From Rhizaria sp. SCN 62-66 (taxonomy: Eukaryota), in NCBI GenBank assembly GCA_001724265.1, contig MEDY01000279.1, positions 1 to 41,020 of the forward strand: a DNA stretch of 41,020 nucleotides, given 5' to 3'. This document shows, one piece after another, positions 21,787-34,742 of the stretch. A program made the position numbers and the translations under genes. How positions within the stretch are numbered: position 1 is the first letter of the stretch; every line of letters starts with the position of its first letter. The notes beneath the pieces are model-generated. The model ran no database searches, had not been told where the DNA came from, and worked only from the letters and a program-made list of their open reading frames with translations.

Positions 21787-23694
21787 TCATTTCTTCGTCC
21801 TCCGCGTCTGCTCCTTGTCCAGAATCGCGTCAAACATGCCCGCTTTTCGCTCCAGAGCGAGGATCTCGCGGTCCAAATCGTCCAGAACGACCACATTTGA
21901 CGGGATCATCGTGTCCGTAAGTCGCGCTGCAGACTCGACCTTGCCGTTGCCACCACTGCCACTGCCGCCGCCGCCCGCGCTCTTGGTGTTCCTGCCCTTG
22001 GCGCCGGCGCCTGTCGCGCTCTTGCTACCGCCGCTGCCGCTGAGGCCCTTGTTCGCGCCGACGGGGGCCAATCGCGCGGGCTGCTGCTGCTGTTGCTTTT
22101 GAGGTGGCAAACGCCGGGCGCCCATCGTGTTGCTTGTGCCGCCACCCGCCGCACCCTGCGCCGCGCCGCCCGCGGCCGCGGCCGCGCCGGCGTCGGCGTC
22201 GGGCTTGAGCAGCGCACGTAGCGACCGGGAGGGTGAGAGCGACCGCGTGCTGGCGCTGTGCACCAGGTAAGGGTTGTCGTCGCGGGAGAGCTCGTTGTAC
22301 CCGAAGCCGGGCTCCACCACGCGTGCGAAGTGCGGGTCCGGGTACGGGTGCTGCGGCGGCCACAAAATGAAGCACAACATAGAGTGAACGAATATGAGAT
22401 GGCGATGCGGACGTCGAAGACAAGTCAACATAAGGAAAAAAAAGAAGAAATTGTTCGCAAAAAACGCTGCATGAACAATACAATTAATCGTACCTGATAA
22501 GTCCCACTCGACAGCAAAGCCTGCTGCGAGGATGACTGTCCCAGAGGCGGCAACGACGCCGGCACAGGTCCCTGTTTCTGCTGCTGTTGGAGCGGCGCGG
22601 TGCCATTAAAAACGTTTCCGTTCGCCGCGCTATTAAATTGCTGTTGTTGTTGCTGCTGTTGCTGTTGCTGCTGTTGGGACAGCTGACCGCTCATGAGCTC
22701 GGCCGTGACCTGGGCCTTGAACGCGCGCCGCACAGCGGGATCTGCGAAGCGCGAAGCGGCGACCGAAGGCGCGGGCGCGAAGGCCGCGGCGCGCGGGTGG
22801 TGCAGCATCTTGCTCGCCGCGCTCGCGCTTGCGGCCGCACGGGAGTACGACTCGCGGTCGCTCAGCGCACCCACACCGACCGTGGATGACCCGCCGGGGA
22901 CGCCGCCCGCGCCACCGGAGGGCCGCCGCGGGGAGAGCGCGTCGGAGTCACCCGCGCCGCTGCTTCCGCCGCCGCCGGAGAGGTTGTGGCGCGTGTATAC
23001 CGTCTGCATGCGCGCCTGCGACAGCGTCACGCCGTGCCCACCGACGCTGCCATTGCCGCGGGCGCTGCTGCCGTCGGGGGACGCCGAGGACGTCGTGTGC
23101 AAGAGTCTGCCGTCGAGGCTCGGCGGCGGGCGCGGGCGCGAGGCACTCGCAGGGCTGGCAACACTGCCTGTGCCGCTGCTGTTGTTGCCAAACGACTGCG
23201 ACAGGGTCATGGCCGCGTAGGCCTGCGCGTGTGACTGCGAGTCTCCGGGCGCGCGCTGCACCGCGCGCGACGGGTGCGAGTGGTGCGGCGTAAAGCGCCC
23301 GGGCGACAGAGCCAGCGGCGGGTGGTGCGCCGGCAGCGCGCTCGAGTGGTACTTGTCGCCGGCAGCACCACTGGCACCGCCCGAACCACCGGCCGAGTGC
23401 GCGGGGTCGGCGTCGCGGTAGCTGTGCTCGTCGCCGCGCGCGTCGCCGTGGGCAGCAGAGTGCTCGCGCAGCGTCTGCAGGTGTTGGAGAGTCCGCACGC
23501 CGTCAGTGGCCTGGTGCCAGGCGAGCTTGGGCTGGTATGCGTGCTCGCCGACCGTCACGCTGGCCTCGTGCGACGCCGCCGCCGCCACAACGTAGGGCGC
23601 GGCCGCCTGGGACAGAGCCTCGCGAGACGACACGGGAGGACGCGCGGCGCCGCCCCCGTCTTCGTCACCGCCACCGTCACCATACGACTGTTGC

Positions 23695-23726
<32 letters not shown>

Positions 23727-24347
23727 CTGTTGCTGCTGCATTGCTTGCTGCTGGGGCACGCGGGCGATGTGGCTGGGTGGGGGGATGAGCGAGCCGACGA
23801 CGTCAAACTTGATGCGGATGCCGGGGCGAACCGCGGGCTCGCCCTGGTCGTCAACGCCGTAGTCCTCCGCAGACGCAGTGTAAGGGTCGCTCGAGTTGAT
23901 ATTGCTCGATGACTCGTTGCCGTTGGAGGCGTGAGAGTTGTTGTTGCTTCTAGAGTTCCTAACTGTGTTGTTGTCGTTGTTTCTCGAAGCAGAACGCGCT
24001 GTAGCTTCATCGTCGGCAGGCAGGGACAAGTCATTGTTGCTGCTAGGGTCCCCCTTGGTTTGCTTCTGCTGGTCAGGGACAGACGTCACGGAGCCGTCCT
24101 GATGCAGCATCGTTGAGTCCTCTTCTTCAACAGTAGAAAAGCCGAGGTGGTCCGTGCCGGCCGCGCGCTGCTGCTTGCCGGCGCCGGTGTTGGCCACCGA
24201 CGAGGCGAGCGACGGGGCCGAACGGGTGGGAAGGTCCTCTTCGTCCGAGTCGGTGTCACCGGGGGCGGGGAACCACGAGAAGAGGCGCTCCTGCTCGTAT
24301 GGAACGTCAATGCGCTTTGCCATACCCTCGGGCCAGTCGTTAGACAT
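21787..24347 (-). CDS. Hypothetical, largely disordered Gln/Ser/Ala-rich protein (805 aa). Exons 24347-22494 and 22350-21787.
   Basis: ORFs 22425-24356 and 21787-22431 join in frame through a CAG|GTACGA...CCGCAG|CAC intron. Ends at TGA. Short C-terminal helical segment (LDDLDREILALERK). Confidence 0.75.
22351..22493 (-). other. Intron (143 nt, phase 0)
   Basis: Canonical GTACGA donor, T-rich body and CAG acceptor; restores the frame. Confidence 0.8.
23688..23752 (-). repeat. Mixed CAG/CAA polyglutamine tract
   Basis: (ctg/ttg)n on the + strand; encodes QQQAMQ17. Confidence 0.9.
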
Positions 24348-24793
24348 CGTGGACAAGAAGGGGATAAGCGGCTAAGGCGGGGGCGCGCGGCCAGAGCAGT
24401 TCTTGAGTGCTAGAACGAGAGGACTCACGAATAAAGAGTCTGCCTGTTGTGAAACGAAGAACTGGAAGGTTTAAAGATAGAAAACGGCGTGTTAGTGTTA
24501 TTTGGGTTAGGTTCATTCACAAAATCCCAGATAACGGATTTCCGATATTGATACGATCCCAGCAAATCCGGCAGTCTTGACCTCATCGCCACAGCTGTTG
24601 TAACGGTCGCCGAGCTCAACCGCAGCGCCCACCGACATAATGTCATTTCAAGTCTATAGATAGAGCATTCTAAGCATAACAGGTCGTAACTTGAAACTAT
24701 AGTTTGTATTTCAATTCAATAAACAGTTGGGTCAATATAATACTTTCATGGTTCTTGTTTACACAGCCAATGCGGTGGTTTTGTGTTAGCGGT

Positions 24794-26514
24794 TCAGATG
24801 TTAGGCAGCAATGTGTAGAGCTTCTTCTGCTTGCCCGCCTCATCAACCCGCGTCGTCGACGCCGTGGTCTTGCTCATCAGCGCCTTGATGATCGTGCGTA
24901 CCTCGTCGCTGGCATTCTTGGGGTTGAACGGGTGCAGCAGCTCGCGCAGCAGGTCCGCACCGACTATCTCGGCCGACGGGTACTTTGCGGCGAACACCGC
25001 CTTGACAGACGCCACCGTCACCGCGCGCCCATTCACGTGCACCACCCCACCCACCACAACGGCCTCCGCGCCCGCGCCGCCCGCGGGGGCCGCCGAGCCG
25101 CCCGTAGCAGTGAGTGAGAGCCGCAGCGGGGCGTCTGCGCCGCCGCCGGCCGCGTCGGCGGCCCTGGAGCTGGGGCGCGCGCGCTTGGCCGTGTGGGTGA
25201 TCGCGTTCTCACTGTTGGCGCTCGCGGCGGCGATCGCGGCCGCAAGGGCGTTGCCGCCAGCGGACGCACTCGAGCGCGCGATGCCCATGCCCGCGTACGC
25301 CGCGGGCGCGGCACTGGTGGTCGCGGCGGCAGGGGCGGCGGCGGCGGCGGCGGCGGCGGCGGCCGCGTCGTCGTCGTCCTCGTCGTCCTCGTCGTCCTCG
25401 TCGTCCTCGGCCGCGGCCGCAGCGGCAGCCGCGGCCTCGGTGTCGGCGTCGGCGGTGTCGAGCGCTGCGAAGCCTTCTTCGCGGAGCGCCAGGAGCCGCG
25501 CAAGCTCGGCCTTGTCGCTTGTCTTGCCGAGTAGCGATGACTTGAAGTTGGCCTCCCCCTAAGCACGCATGAGGACAAGATGTAGACGTAAACGGGAAGG
25601 ATTATTACATGTACGAGTGAAAAATTACGTTTGAACAAGATTAGCTATTGAGAAAATTCATGATATACTTATTCCATATCATTTTCAAAAACTCATAGGA
25701 TCAGAGCCACATTAAACACATGACTTGATCAAGGATTACATGTGCGCGCATTTCTCATTTCGCGGCGTACCTGGTCATCAAAGGTCTCGAAGTCGTCGGC
25801 GTTCTCCTCATCCGCAGCCTCGTCGTCGTCAGCCTCGCGCGCGTACTCAAGCTCCTCCGCGAGCTGCCGCGGCTTCCGCGCCCCGAAGCCCTTCTTGGCC
25901 CCCGCCTTCTTACTATCGCCCGCGGGCGCGCCGCCATCGGTGCCGTCGGCCGCAGCGTTGCGGCGGCGCGTGAAGGACATGTCGAGCAGCGACACGCGCT
26001 CTGTGTTTGCGGCCTCCTCCTCGGCCTTGAGGCGCACCTGCTCCAGCCGCTTGTCGTTCTGCCGCGCGGCCTCGGTCTCGCGGAAGCGCTCCGCCTCGGC
26101 CACGGTCGCAAAGCGGTCCTGCGCGGCCACGCGCGTAAGCGAAAGGAACTGGGGCGGCGTCGCGTAGTAGCTGTTGGTGCGCGCGTCGTACGAAAAGAGC
26201 CAGTAGTGGCCGAAGTCGGGCTTCTCGAGCATGCCGTTGTAGCGCGTCCCGGTGCCCCTGTCCGTGAGCTCCCACGCGCGTGAGCCCACGCCGGTGGTCT
26301 CCAGCCGCGCGTTGGCGGCCACCGCGGCGGCCGCGGCAGCGCGGCGCGTGATGGCGTCGGGCGCGCGCGTGAAGGACGCGAGCCCCGCTGGGGGCTGCAG
26401 CGTCAGCTGCGCCGAGAGGTCGCGGGCGTTGATAACCTTGGCGAGCAGCGGCGTGCCGGGAGGCAGCGGCCCGTTCACGGGCGCGTTGCAGTAGACGGGG
26501 ATGCGGATGCTCAT
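24794..26514 (-). CDS. GTF2F1: Transcription initiation factor IIF large subunit (RAP74/Tfg1-like, ~502 aa). Exons 26514-25771 and 25558-24794.
   Basis: The N-domain WELTD..GTRYNGMLE....YWLF......YYATP......RFATVAEAE resembles the RAP74 dimerisation domain (G.EG..Y.IF...A.P...LT.EEAE). It is followed by an acidic middle (LEY......ETFDDQ) and a winged-helix-like C-terminus (VTVASVKAVF...DLLRELL). The start codon is inferred. Confidence 0.75.
25559..25770 (-). other. Intron (212 nt, phase 0)
   Basis: CAG|GTACGC ... GTGCTTAG|GGG, AT-rich; joins ORF 25729-26667 to the frame of ORF 24794-25288. Confidence 0.85.
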
Positions 26515-27536
26515 CGGGCGCGCGACGCCTGTTGCGAGGGCGTGGGCGAGTGGGGACGACGCCGAGGAGGAAGCTTGCGACGAGAAGCGTGTTGCTTTTT
26601 GATCAAAGTAGTTGGGAGCGAGAGGACTGTGCTTAGAGGAAAGCAACGCAAAGAAAACGATGGGCAACAGTCGTAGATGTGTAAATGTAATGCTATGAAG
26701 CTTTGAGAATGTGCGTGTAGATCATGACAGAGACAGAGACATATACTTAGTAGTGGATTAAGTATCAGAGCCGTTGCTCATCGGCAAGACCCACTCAGGA
26801 TAGGAACACTGTTTCGCGGGGAAATCGAATAGCCACCAAATACTACTGAGATCAAAAACCACGAGAAAGCATACATAGTGCTACATTTACATATACATCG
26901 TGTAGTCTATGAGTTTTCATTCCGCCGGTTGGATGTCTTTGTTTGGTGGTTGGTGTAATTCTTACTGGACCGAAAAATTTGTTGGGTAACAAAAGCTGTA
27001 TGTGGTCAGACTTGACCCCAGCATTCAAGACAAGATATCATTGTATATTATGTTTTTTAGTACATATCTCAAGGTCTACTTTTACGAAAGGTTGCGTTGC
27101 ATGTGTTTTGTGCATTTAAAGTCAGCTTGCTACGGTGTCGGAGGATTATGGAGACAATCCAGGGAATCCAGCAGTCTCGTCCTCTGGCGAACAAAACAAG
27201 CTTCATGTTCAAAGCTGTACCACTGACACTTTAAGTCGCATTTCTTTCATGTCAAAATATGAGCTGCAGTGGTATTACATGTTCGGTGTATGCAGTCCGC
27301 TCTGTACTTGATCAGTACTCATTCAATATCGCAGGGTCCTATGCACTTATCGACCATTCCCTGCTTTTGCCCGCCTGAGTGCAAAATACTCCCAACGTTG
27401 AATATGAGAAACATATGACCTCGAATCCCCTGATAACTGCACCATGTTGTCAATACCCCTAACATTTTGTATAGTCGTCTGCTGAGTCCTACCTTCTTTA
27501 GGCGTCATCGGCGGTGTTTTCCATCGAAGAAACACC

Positions 27537-28537
27537 ATGAGTCGCTCCCCAAATAGCGGTGACGACTTCCTCACTCTCGGGCTCTCCGCGCTCTCGCTCA
27601 ACAACACCTCCAGCGCGACCAACGAGGACGACAACGACCTCGACGACCGCGGCGACACCGTCGTTGCTGTTCCAGAGAGTAACAGCAACAGCAACGTCCG
27701 CGGCGTGGTCCCTTCGCGGTCGCGTGCCGGACTGCGCACCACGCGCGGGCTAGCCGACCACAGCACGGGCCGCACGCTGGAGCGCAGCAACCTGGGCATG
27801 AGCAAACGCGGCAACAAAGAAGACGGCACCGATGCCGCGCACATCATGTCCTTTGCGGTGACCAACGTCATCCTGGTACTTGACATTGACAACGAGCCGT
27901 TGAGCGAGAGCGAGAAGCGTGAGTTGATCCGGCAGCTCAACGCTGACAGCAATCTGCGCATCAAGTCGCAACGCGGTAACAGGGTGCTCGACGACCGGCG
28001 CGACGCGCGCATTGGCACGGCGCTGAAGCAGGGCCACGCCATCTCGGGCCACTCTACCGTGTTGCGCGCGCGGCAAGCGCTCATCAGCACGAGGTACAAG
28101 ACTTGAAATCAACTGAATAATGCTGGATGATACGCGTGCAAAGTGAACTCTTTGTTTTTGATTGTTTTCACGCTCCAGTCTGGATTCTTTCCGTGTTAAT
28201 TCTTTCCATGTACTCGTTCATCTATCGCACGTGTGTTGCTCTTGTCTCAATTATGTCTTCTCTCAGGGCGATGAGTCACGACGCCGCGCGGATGACCCTT
28301 GCACCCGCACTTGCCAGTCTGGCGATGGTGGACCCCGACACGAAGCAATTCACGACCGTGGGCGCCTGGCTCGACTCCTGGGAGGCGAGCCGGCTCCGCA
28401 GCCCTAAGACGCGCAGCCAGCACAAGAAGGCCGAGGAGGCGAATGCGGCGGCCGCGGCGGCCGCGGCGGCAACTGCTGCTGCCACAGCAGCTGCTGCATT
28501 GGCGCTTGGCAAGGGCCTTGGTCGGCTTGATGCGTGA
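27537..28537 (+). CDS. Small protein with an HNH/His-Me-finger-like motif (275 aa). Exons 27537-28093 and 28267-28537.
   Basis: The motif TDAAHIMS...QLNADSNLRIKSQRGNRVLD resembles the D-x-x-H...NL...N ββα-metal signature. An AG|GTACAA...CTTCTCTCAG|G intron joins ORF 27537-28106 to the frame of 28127-28537. Ends at TGA. Confidence 0.65.
28094..28266 (+). other. Intron (173 nt, phase 2)
   Basis: GTACAA donor, T-rich body and TCTTCTCTCAG acceptor. The join is in frame and removes the TGA at 28104. Confidence 0.75.
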
Positions 28538-29147
28538 TCGCTATCGCATCAAACGTTACATCCGTAACAGTTGGGCAACTTGTTACAAGAGTTGCAGCAA
28601 CACTTCATGAAAGGAGCTCTCAGTGGATGAAGTTTACTGTAATAGCACGCATAATTGAACCGCGTGGCTCATTGAAATGATGAGACAAACCTCATTGGTT
28701 TGGTGCTTTAATGGTACTGTGAGTGTGGCTCGAGGCTTGCAATGATGGTGCATACTGAAGATTGGTTTTTAAGACTGGTTTTATATAATTAAATCGATAG
28801 TTACATAGCTCAAATATAAATTTTGTCGTATATTTCCGATATAGGTATGATGGTACATAATTATTTTGTAATAATACAAATGATGCACATGCTTTCTAAG
28901 TTAAAACTCGGTTTTCACAAGCTCCGACAGCGTACCCGAAAACGGTTCTGGTTCGGCCACCAGTGAGCGAAACGGACAGACAAAACATGCCGTGGGTCGC
29001 TTGCGATTGATCGTCAAATACGTTTTTAGCTGTTCTTCAAAATAATATGCTTGATTTTACGTGCCATACTTCTTTTTCCAACTCGGTCTTTGCGACTATA
29101 GCCCACACAACCCTTCGTTTAGGAGCCACTTCTGTCGAGGCAGAATC

Positions 29148-30862
29148 ATGGAGTCCCCTGCGTCTCTCACGCGCGCGGCGGACGCCAGCCGTCTCGAAGA
29201 TGATTTGTTTGATGATGATAACGGAGAAGTTGGTGAACTGCAAACCATCACGCCGCCGACAGCCTCTCCGAGTCTAAATCCCGCTGCAGCAGGTCTCCCC
29301 GGCATCATGTCAACTGCTTCCCTTCCAGGCGTTGTTGCCGCCACCGCCAACACTCCTGCCCAAGCGGGGCAATCTTCTGACGCGCGCGATTCTGGAGTGT
29401 TTGTGCTTGACGCTTCACCGTCTGCATCCATGCTGAATACTGCGCCGTCAGCCTCATACCTTGGTCCGCAGACGCACTCCGCAGCCGCTGTGACCCCTGT
29501 TTCCGCAGCTGCTCCAAGCACCAACGAGACCGCCGCCGCAACTAAGCCTGCTGTCACAGATGCCACACCCACTTACACGGCACCTGCTGAGCAAACTGTT
29601 GGTGTTCCTGCTGATGCTGAGCATGTTGCACAGACTTCAGAGCCCATGCAGGCCTCGCACGACGCTCTTGCTGCTTTAGACGCTGTTCCAGCTGCCACTC
29701 CTGCGGCATCGTTGGAGCCCGCTGATGTCGCTTCTGCGCCCACAACCAATGTATCCGGTGCTACCGTTGTTGACGCGTCCAATACTGCTGCAGCTCCGGC
29801 CACTGACACTGCGAAGCCTGTGCCAACGGGAGCCACACCCGGTGCGGCAACAACAACGACTAAATCGACAACTACTGAAGCGAAGACAGAGGCACATTCT
29901 GGCGTAGCTGCGACGGTTCACACTGGCACCGCGAAGCCGCAGCCTGAGTCTGACCCGAACTTCGACTTCGACTCTGACATCGAGCCTGACTCTGCAGACA
30001 CTGAGACGAAGACTTCAACCAAGACAGACGCCACCGCAGCAAAGCCAGCACAGCCCCAACCGGCGCACACTGACGCTGACGCACAGTCGCCGTCCGACTT
30101 GCAACGGCCGTCGCAACCCCAGGCGCACCCTGTATTGGGGTTACTGTCAAAGCTTGCCGCCTCTGCCGCGGTGCTGACGCCTACCCCACCCGCGGGCCCT
30201 GCGCCTGGCGCCTCCGCCCCCCCTCGACTGGCGCCTTCCGCTGCCGCGCCCGCTGCACCCGCATCCGCTGCACCCGCATCCGCTGCGCCCGCGCCCGCCG
30301 CGGCCTCACCGGCCGCGCCCGCGCCGGTCCGGCCGCCCCCCTCAGCGGCAGCGCCGGCCCGGCCGGCACCGACTGCCACTGCGGATGCACTGTCTGATGC
30401 CGCGACTGCAGCTCTTGCGGCTGGCACTGCGTCTCCCGCTGCTGCTGCGACGACGACTACGACTGCGACTACACCAACCGAGACTGCATCGGCACCGACT
30501 AAGACGGCAGCGGCCCCTGCTGCGGCGAGTCCTGCAGCGGCGGGCCCTGTGGCGGCTGCCCCCGCGAAACCCGCGCCGACGGCCGCGGCCCCTGCTCGGC
30601 CGCCGCCTGGACGCACTGCGCCGATCCCGGCAGGCGACAGTTCTAGCACGGCGGACTCGAATCGCAGTGTAAGTGTTGGCAGCAGCAACGCGCCGGCTAG
30701 CTCTACCGCTATAGCAGACAATTCAGCGAGTGCCGGTGCAACCAACAGTAATCCCAACGCGAGGCCGGCAGCGACGACTGCCGCTGCACCGGCGCGTGCG
30801 GCGCCCACGCGCGCGCCGCCTGCTTCCGCTCCCGCTGCGGTTGCGAGTCCACCTGCGCAGAC

Positions 30863-30911
<49 letters not shown>

Positions 30912-33900
30912 GAGCAACAACATAACAAGAACAATGGCACTAATCGCAATGGTGATGTGGCGCAGAACGCTATTCACGCCACAACACTGCCCTTGCTCAG
31001 TCCAATGGCAGCGACAGCGACGACCCCGAGCAATAGCAACAGCCAACCTGCTCTCATGACCCCTCGCCGCGGCGCTGACGGCGAGGAAGGCGACAACAAC
31101 GACGGCGCCGCGTTCTCGCAGTCAATGCGCCGCCGCACTGGCCCCTCGGCTGAGGCATTTGCCGAGGAGGTGACGACGATCGCCTACACGCCAGAGCTCG
31201 CGCGCGGCAGCTCGCTTTTTTACCCCGGGCTGGTGGATGCTGCGCCGCGTCTACCGCCGCCGGAGCCGCCCGGACTGAGCTCGTCGATGCGCGAGCGCGA
31301 CCGCGGTTCGTTCAGCCCCAGCAACAGTAACATCAACCTGAACATGCCGCCGAGTCCCGGTATGAGCCCGCGACTTGTGGCGCGTAATGACGGCAGGGGA
31401 ACTGGGCACATGTCTCCCGGTCTTGGTCTGACGACTCAGAGTCGCATGCAAAGCACCAACGCCCTCGGCAATGGCAAGCATCCGTCATCAGCGCTGCTCC
31501 TGCCTCCCGACGAGCTCTTGCGCTCTTCATCGACCACGCGCAACGTCATCGCAAGCAACGGCGTCACCACGATCACCAGCCCGACGAGCCCCACCAAGAC
31601 GCTCCGCCGCGACGCCTCCTCCGCCGCAGGCGCGGGCGGCGTCGAGGCGGGCGGGTCGCCGCGCGTCGGCGTGCGCTCCTCAGCCGCGGTGGCGCGCGAG
31701 TGGGATGACAGCGACACCGACTACGTGGCGCACTTCACGACGGACCACGAGAAGATCCGCCGCGACGCCGCGCTGCTGGCGCAGACCGCCGCGCAGGCCG
31801 AGGCAGAGCGGGCCGAGGAGGAGGCGTCTGAGCGACGCAGGCGCAAGAAGGCCGCAGCTGCCGCGAACGGCGAGGACGGGTCGGGTCCGAGCTCGCCGAA
31901 GCAGAGCACAAAGACTGTCGAGGGCGGCGCCCGCCGCGGGAGCAAGAGCAAGAGTCGGCGCAAGAGCAAGGACAAGTCGTCGTGGGACAGCCTCGGCGAC
32001 GATGACGAAGCGAGGGACACGTTTGACGACTACGACAACAGCGATGACGATGGTATGTCTCTCGACCTCGACCCTGAAGAAGCCGATGGGTTCCGCCGTA
32101 ACGACGGCGACGACGACGGGATGGACGACGGCTGGAACGACGACGAGGACGACTACAACGAGGACGATGACGGCGCCGGCAGCGTCGACTCGGAGGAGTT
32201 CTGGGCTCGCGCCGCCGTTGATGCTGGTATCGATCCCGAGGAAGAAGAAAGCTCCAAGCCCTTTGACGACCCGCGTCTGCGTCTTAACTGGCCCGGTATT
32301 ATGCTTGACCCCGACTCGATGACTGAGGCCGTGTCGCTGATGAATTTTCCACAGCACGCTACCACTGTCACGCTGACTTCGCCTCGCTCAGTGCAGGCGT
32401 GCGCGCGACTCGGCATTCTTCCTACGCAGCTCCTGGCGCGGCCCGTCACGTGGTTTGAAACCGAGCTCACGCGGCAGCGCCACGGAAACGCGTTCATCTC
32501 CCAGAAGAACGTCCCGCGCTATGCCAAGATGCACTTCAAGCACGCCGAAGAGAAGCGCCAGGCGGACCTCAAGGCGTGCCGCGCTGAGCGCGCTGTGGTC
32601 ATCAAGGAGCACCAGACACGCCGGCATGCTCAGCTGCAGCAACTGCAACAGCAGCGGGAGCAGGAGGAGGAGCGTCGCAGGCAGGCTGAACAGGCGCAAG
32701 AGCTGGCAGAGAGCAACGCTCACGCTGCGACGAGATCCTCTGCGCAGACGAGCGAGATTAACAAGAGCAAGACCGTCACGATCAAGGAAAGTGCGAGCAG
32801 CTCTAACATCGCTAGATCTGCGAACGAGGAGGAGTTTGGCGACACCAAAAGCGTTATCAGCCTCACTGACGACGGTCACGAGCCCAACGACGCCGAGCTG
32901 GAGGCCTTGCTCTCTGGTGCCGGCGCTGGCGGCATCTCCGGCTCTGGTAAGACATCGGTGTGGGCTCTGCGCGAGGTCGAGCGCGTGAACCGTCTTGTGC
33001 GCCACCAGCGCGACTTGATCCGCGCCGCCGTTGCCAGCGAGAGCGAGCGCGCTCGTCGCATCGCCGCTGAGAAGCAGCGTCTCTTGCAGCTGATCGAGAC
33101 CGAAGAAATGCAGTGTCTTGTGCTCACATCACGACTTTCTATCGAGTTTAACGTTGCTTCCGGGCGTAAATTCGCGTTTGCAACACAGCTGCATCCCGAA
33201 GACAGCGACGCTCGCTACACCGCGGTGCTGCAGGAAGCTGCGCGCACGCGTCGTGCACTCGAACTGCAGGTTGAAGGGCTGGCCCGCCAGGCGCGTGCCA
33301 ACGAAGCGCAACAACAGCTTCGCGACCGTGAGGCGAAGCGTCAAGAAGAAGTTCTCGAGCGCGCTGCTGCGCTGGCCGAGAAGGAGAAGGCTCGCCAGGA
33401 AGTCCTGACTCAACTACGGCAGCAGCGGGCTGAGGCGGCTGCAGCGCAACGCGCGAAGCGGGAGCAGCGGCAGGAAAAGGCGCGCACTCTCAGCGAGCGC
33501 GAACTGCGGCTGCAGGGCCAGGCGCAGCGCGTGCGGCAGCGCAAGGCCGAGGAGCGTTCGTGGGCGCTGCAGCAGGAGCGCGAGCTCGACAAAGAGGAAG
33601 CCAAGCTCAAGGGTATGCTCAAGGAGCGGCGCCTGATCGCTGCGCGCGAGGAAGAAGTGCGGCAACGTGAGGCTGCGGCTGCTGCGGGACTTGAACGTGC
33701 AGCAGAGCATGAGGAGCGTGCCCGCGCTCTCGACGCCCGGAAGCGCGAGGAGCTCAAGCAGCGCGGTTTGGAGATTGCGGAGAAGGTTGAGAAGAGCAAG
33801 GAGATCCGCACACGCCAGCAGGAGCAGTCTGCAAGCCGCATCGCGATCGTCGAGGCACGGCTGGCCCACGCCGAAGCGCTGCAAGCGCAGGCGCGTGAGG

Positions 33901-34433
33901 AGGAGAAGGCCCGCCTGAGCGACCGCAAGGTCATAGAGGCCCTCGCCGCGGCTGACCGGCAAGAGCACCTGGAGCGTCGCCGGCGCAAGGACGAGTACGC
34001 GGCACAGCAGGTTGTCGCCAAGCAGGCTAAGGAGGACGCGCGTCTGGCAGCGATGAAGGCCGAGTCTAAGCAGTGGGCAAAGGACCGTGAGCTGCTTCGC
34101 CATGCCGGCCAGATCCAGCTTGAAGCTGCGCAGACGCGGCTGGAGAAACTGCGCGCGATGGAAGCGCACAAGATCGCCCGTGTTGACCCCAAGGACGCCG
34201 CACAAATCGACAAGCTGCTCAACCTGGATCAGCCTCTAAGTGCGATGCACAGGGACGCAGTCGCTGCAGCACTTGCCAGGAGCAGCGGTGGCGCTGTGCC
34301 GTCGAGTCTGCCGCCTGCTCGTGGCGCTAAGCCGGGCGTGACTGCAGGATCTGGTGCTGCTGGTTCGTCGACGAAGACGAGTAACAATAGCTACGGGAAC
34401 ACGCGGGGCCGGCCTGTGGGTGAGCCATACTAA
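29148..34433 (+). CDS. CCDC177/CCDC185 (DUF4659)-like coiled-coil protein with a long disordered Ala/Pro/Thr N-terminus (1761 aa)
   Basis: LTSPRSVQACARLGILPTQLL...HAEEKRQADLKACRAER (~32370-32600) resembles the CCDC177 LTSPRSLEAC...CRAER motif, followed by a long E/R/K/Q coiled coil. First ATG at 29148. TAA is followed by AT-rich DNA. Confidence 0.7.
30864..30908 (+). repeat. Pure (CAG)15 microsatellite encoding polyGln
   Basis: 15 uninterrupted CAG units followed by CAA. Confidence 0.95.
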
Positions 34434-34742
34434 AAAGTTAAAGTACGCGAGTGTCCTACCTAACTTGTATTACAATGATTTTATGTTTTAATATGAACAC
34501 AACGCTTTATTACAATTAATTTTATTACATTACACACTGTTTGGTCCGAATAAGTAAACATGCTCAAGAGTACATAGTAATAAGAATCCCTGTCACATCA
34601 TCGAGCACAATGTCAGAAATATGATTAAATACATGTGTATTTTAGTGTTTGTAAGAAGTACGTTGATATAAACAAGAATAAACAATAGATAGTGATGGAT
34701 AGACACGATTGAGTCTATAAAAGGAACTGCACCGTGTTGTGC

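Noticed and set aside
28677-28758. Possible C/D-box snoRNA (ATGATGA...CTGA, 82 nt)
   Set aside because: No terminal stem and no recognisable rRNA guide. Such short motifs are common in AT-rich DNA and would need snoscan/Infernal support.
33105-33200. Possible in-frame intron within the coiled-coil gene (locally atypical composition)
   Set aside because: No consensus GTAY donor and the frame stays open; cannot be supported without RNA data.
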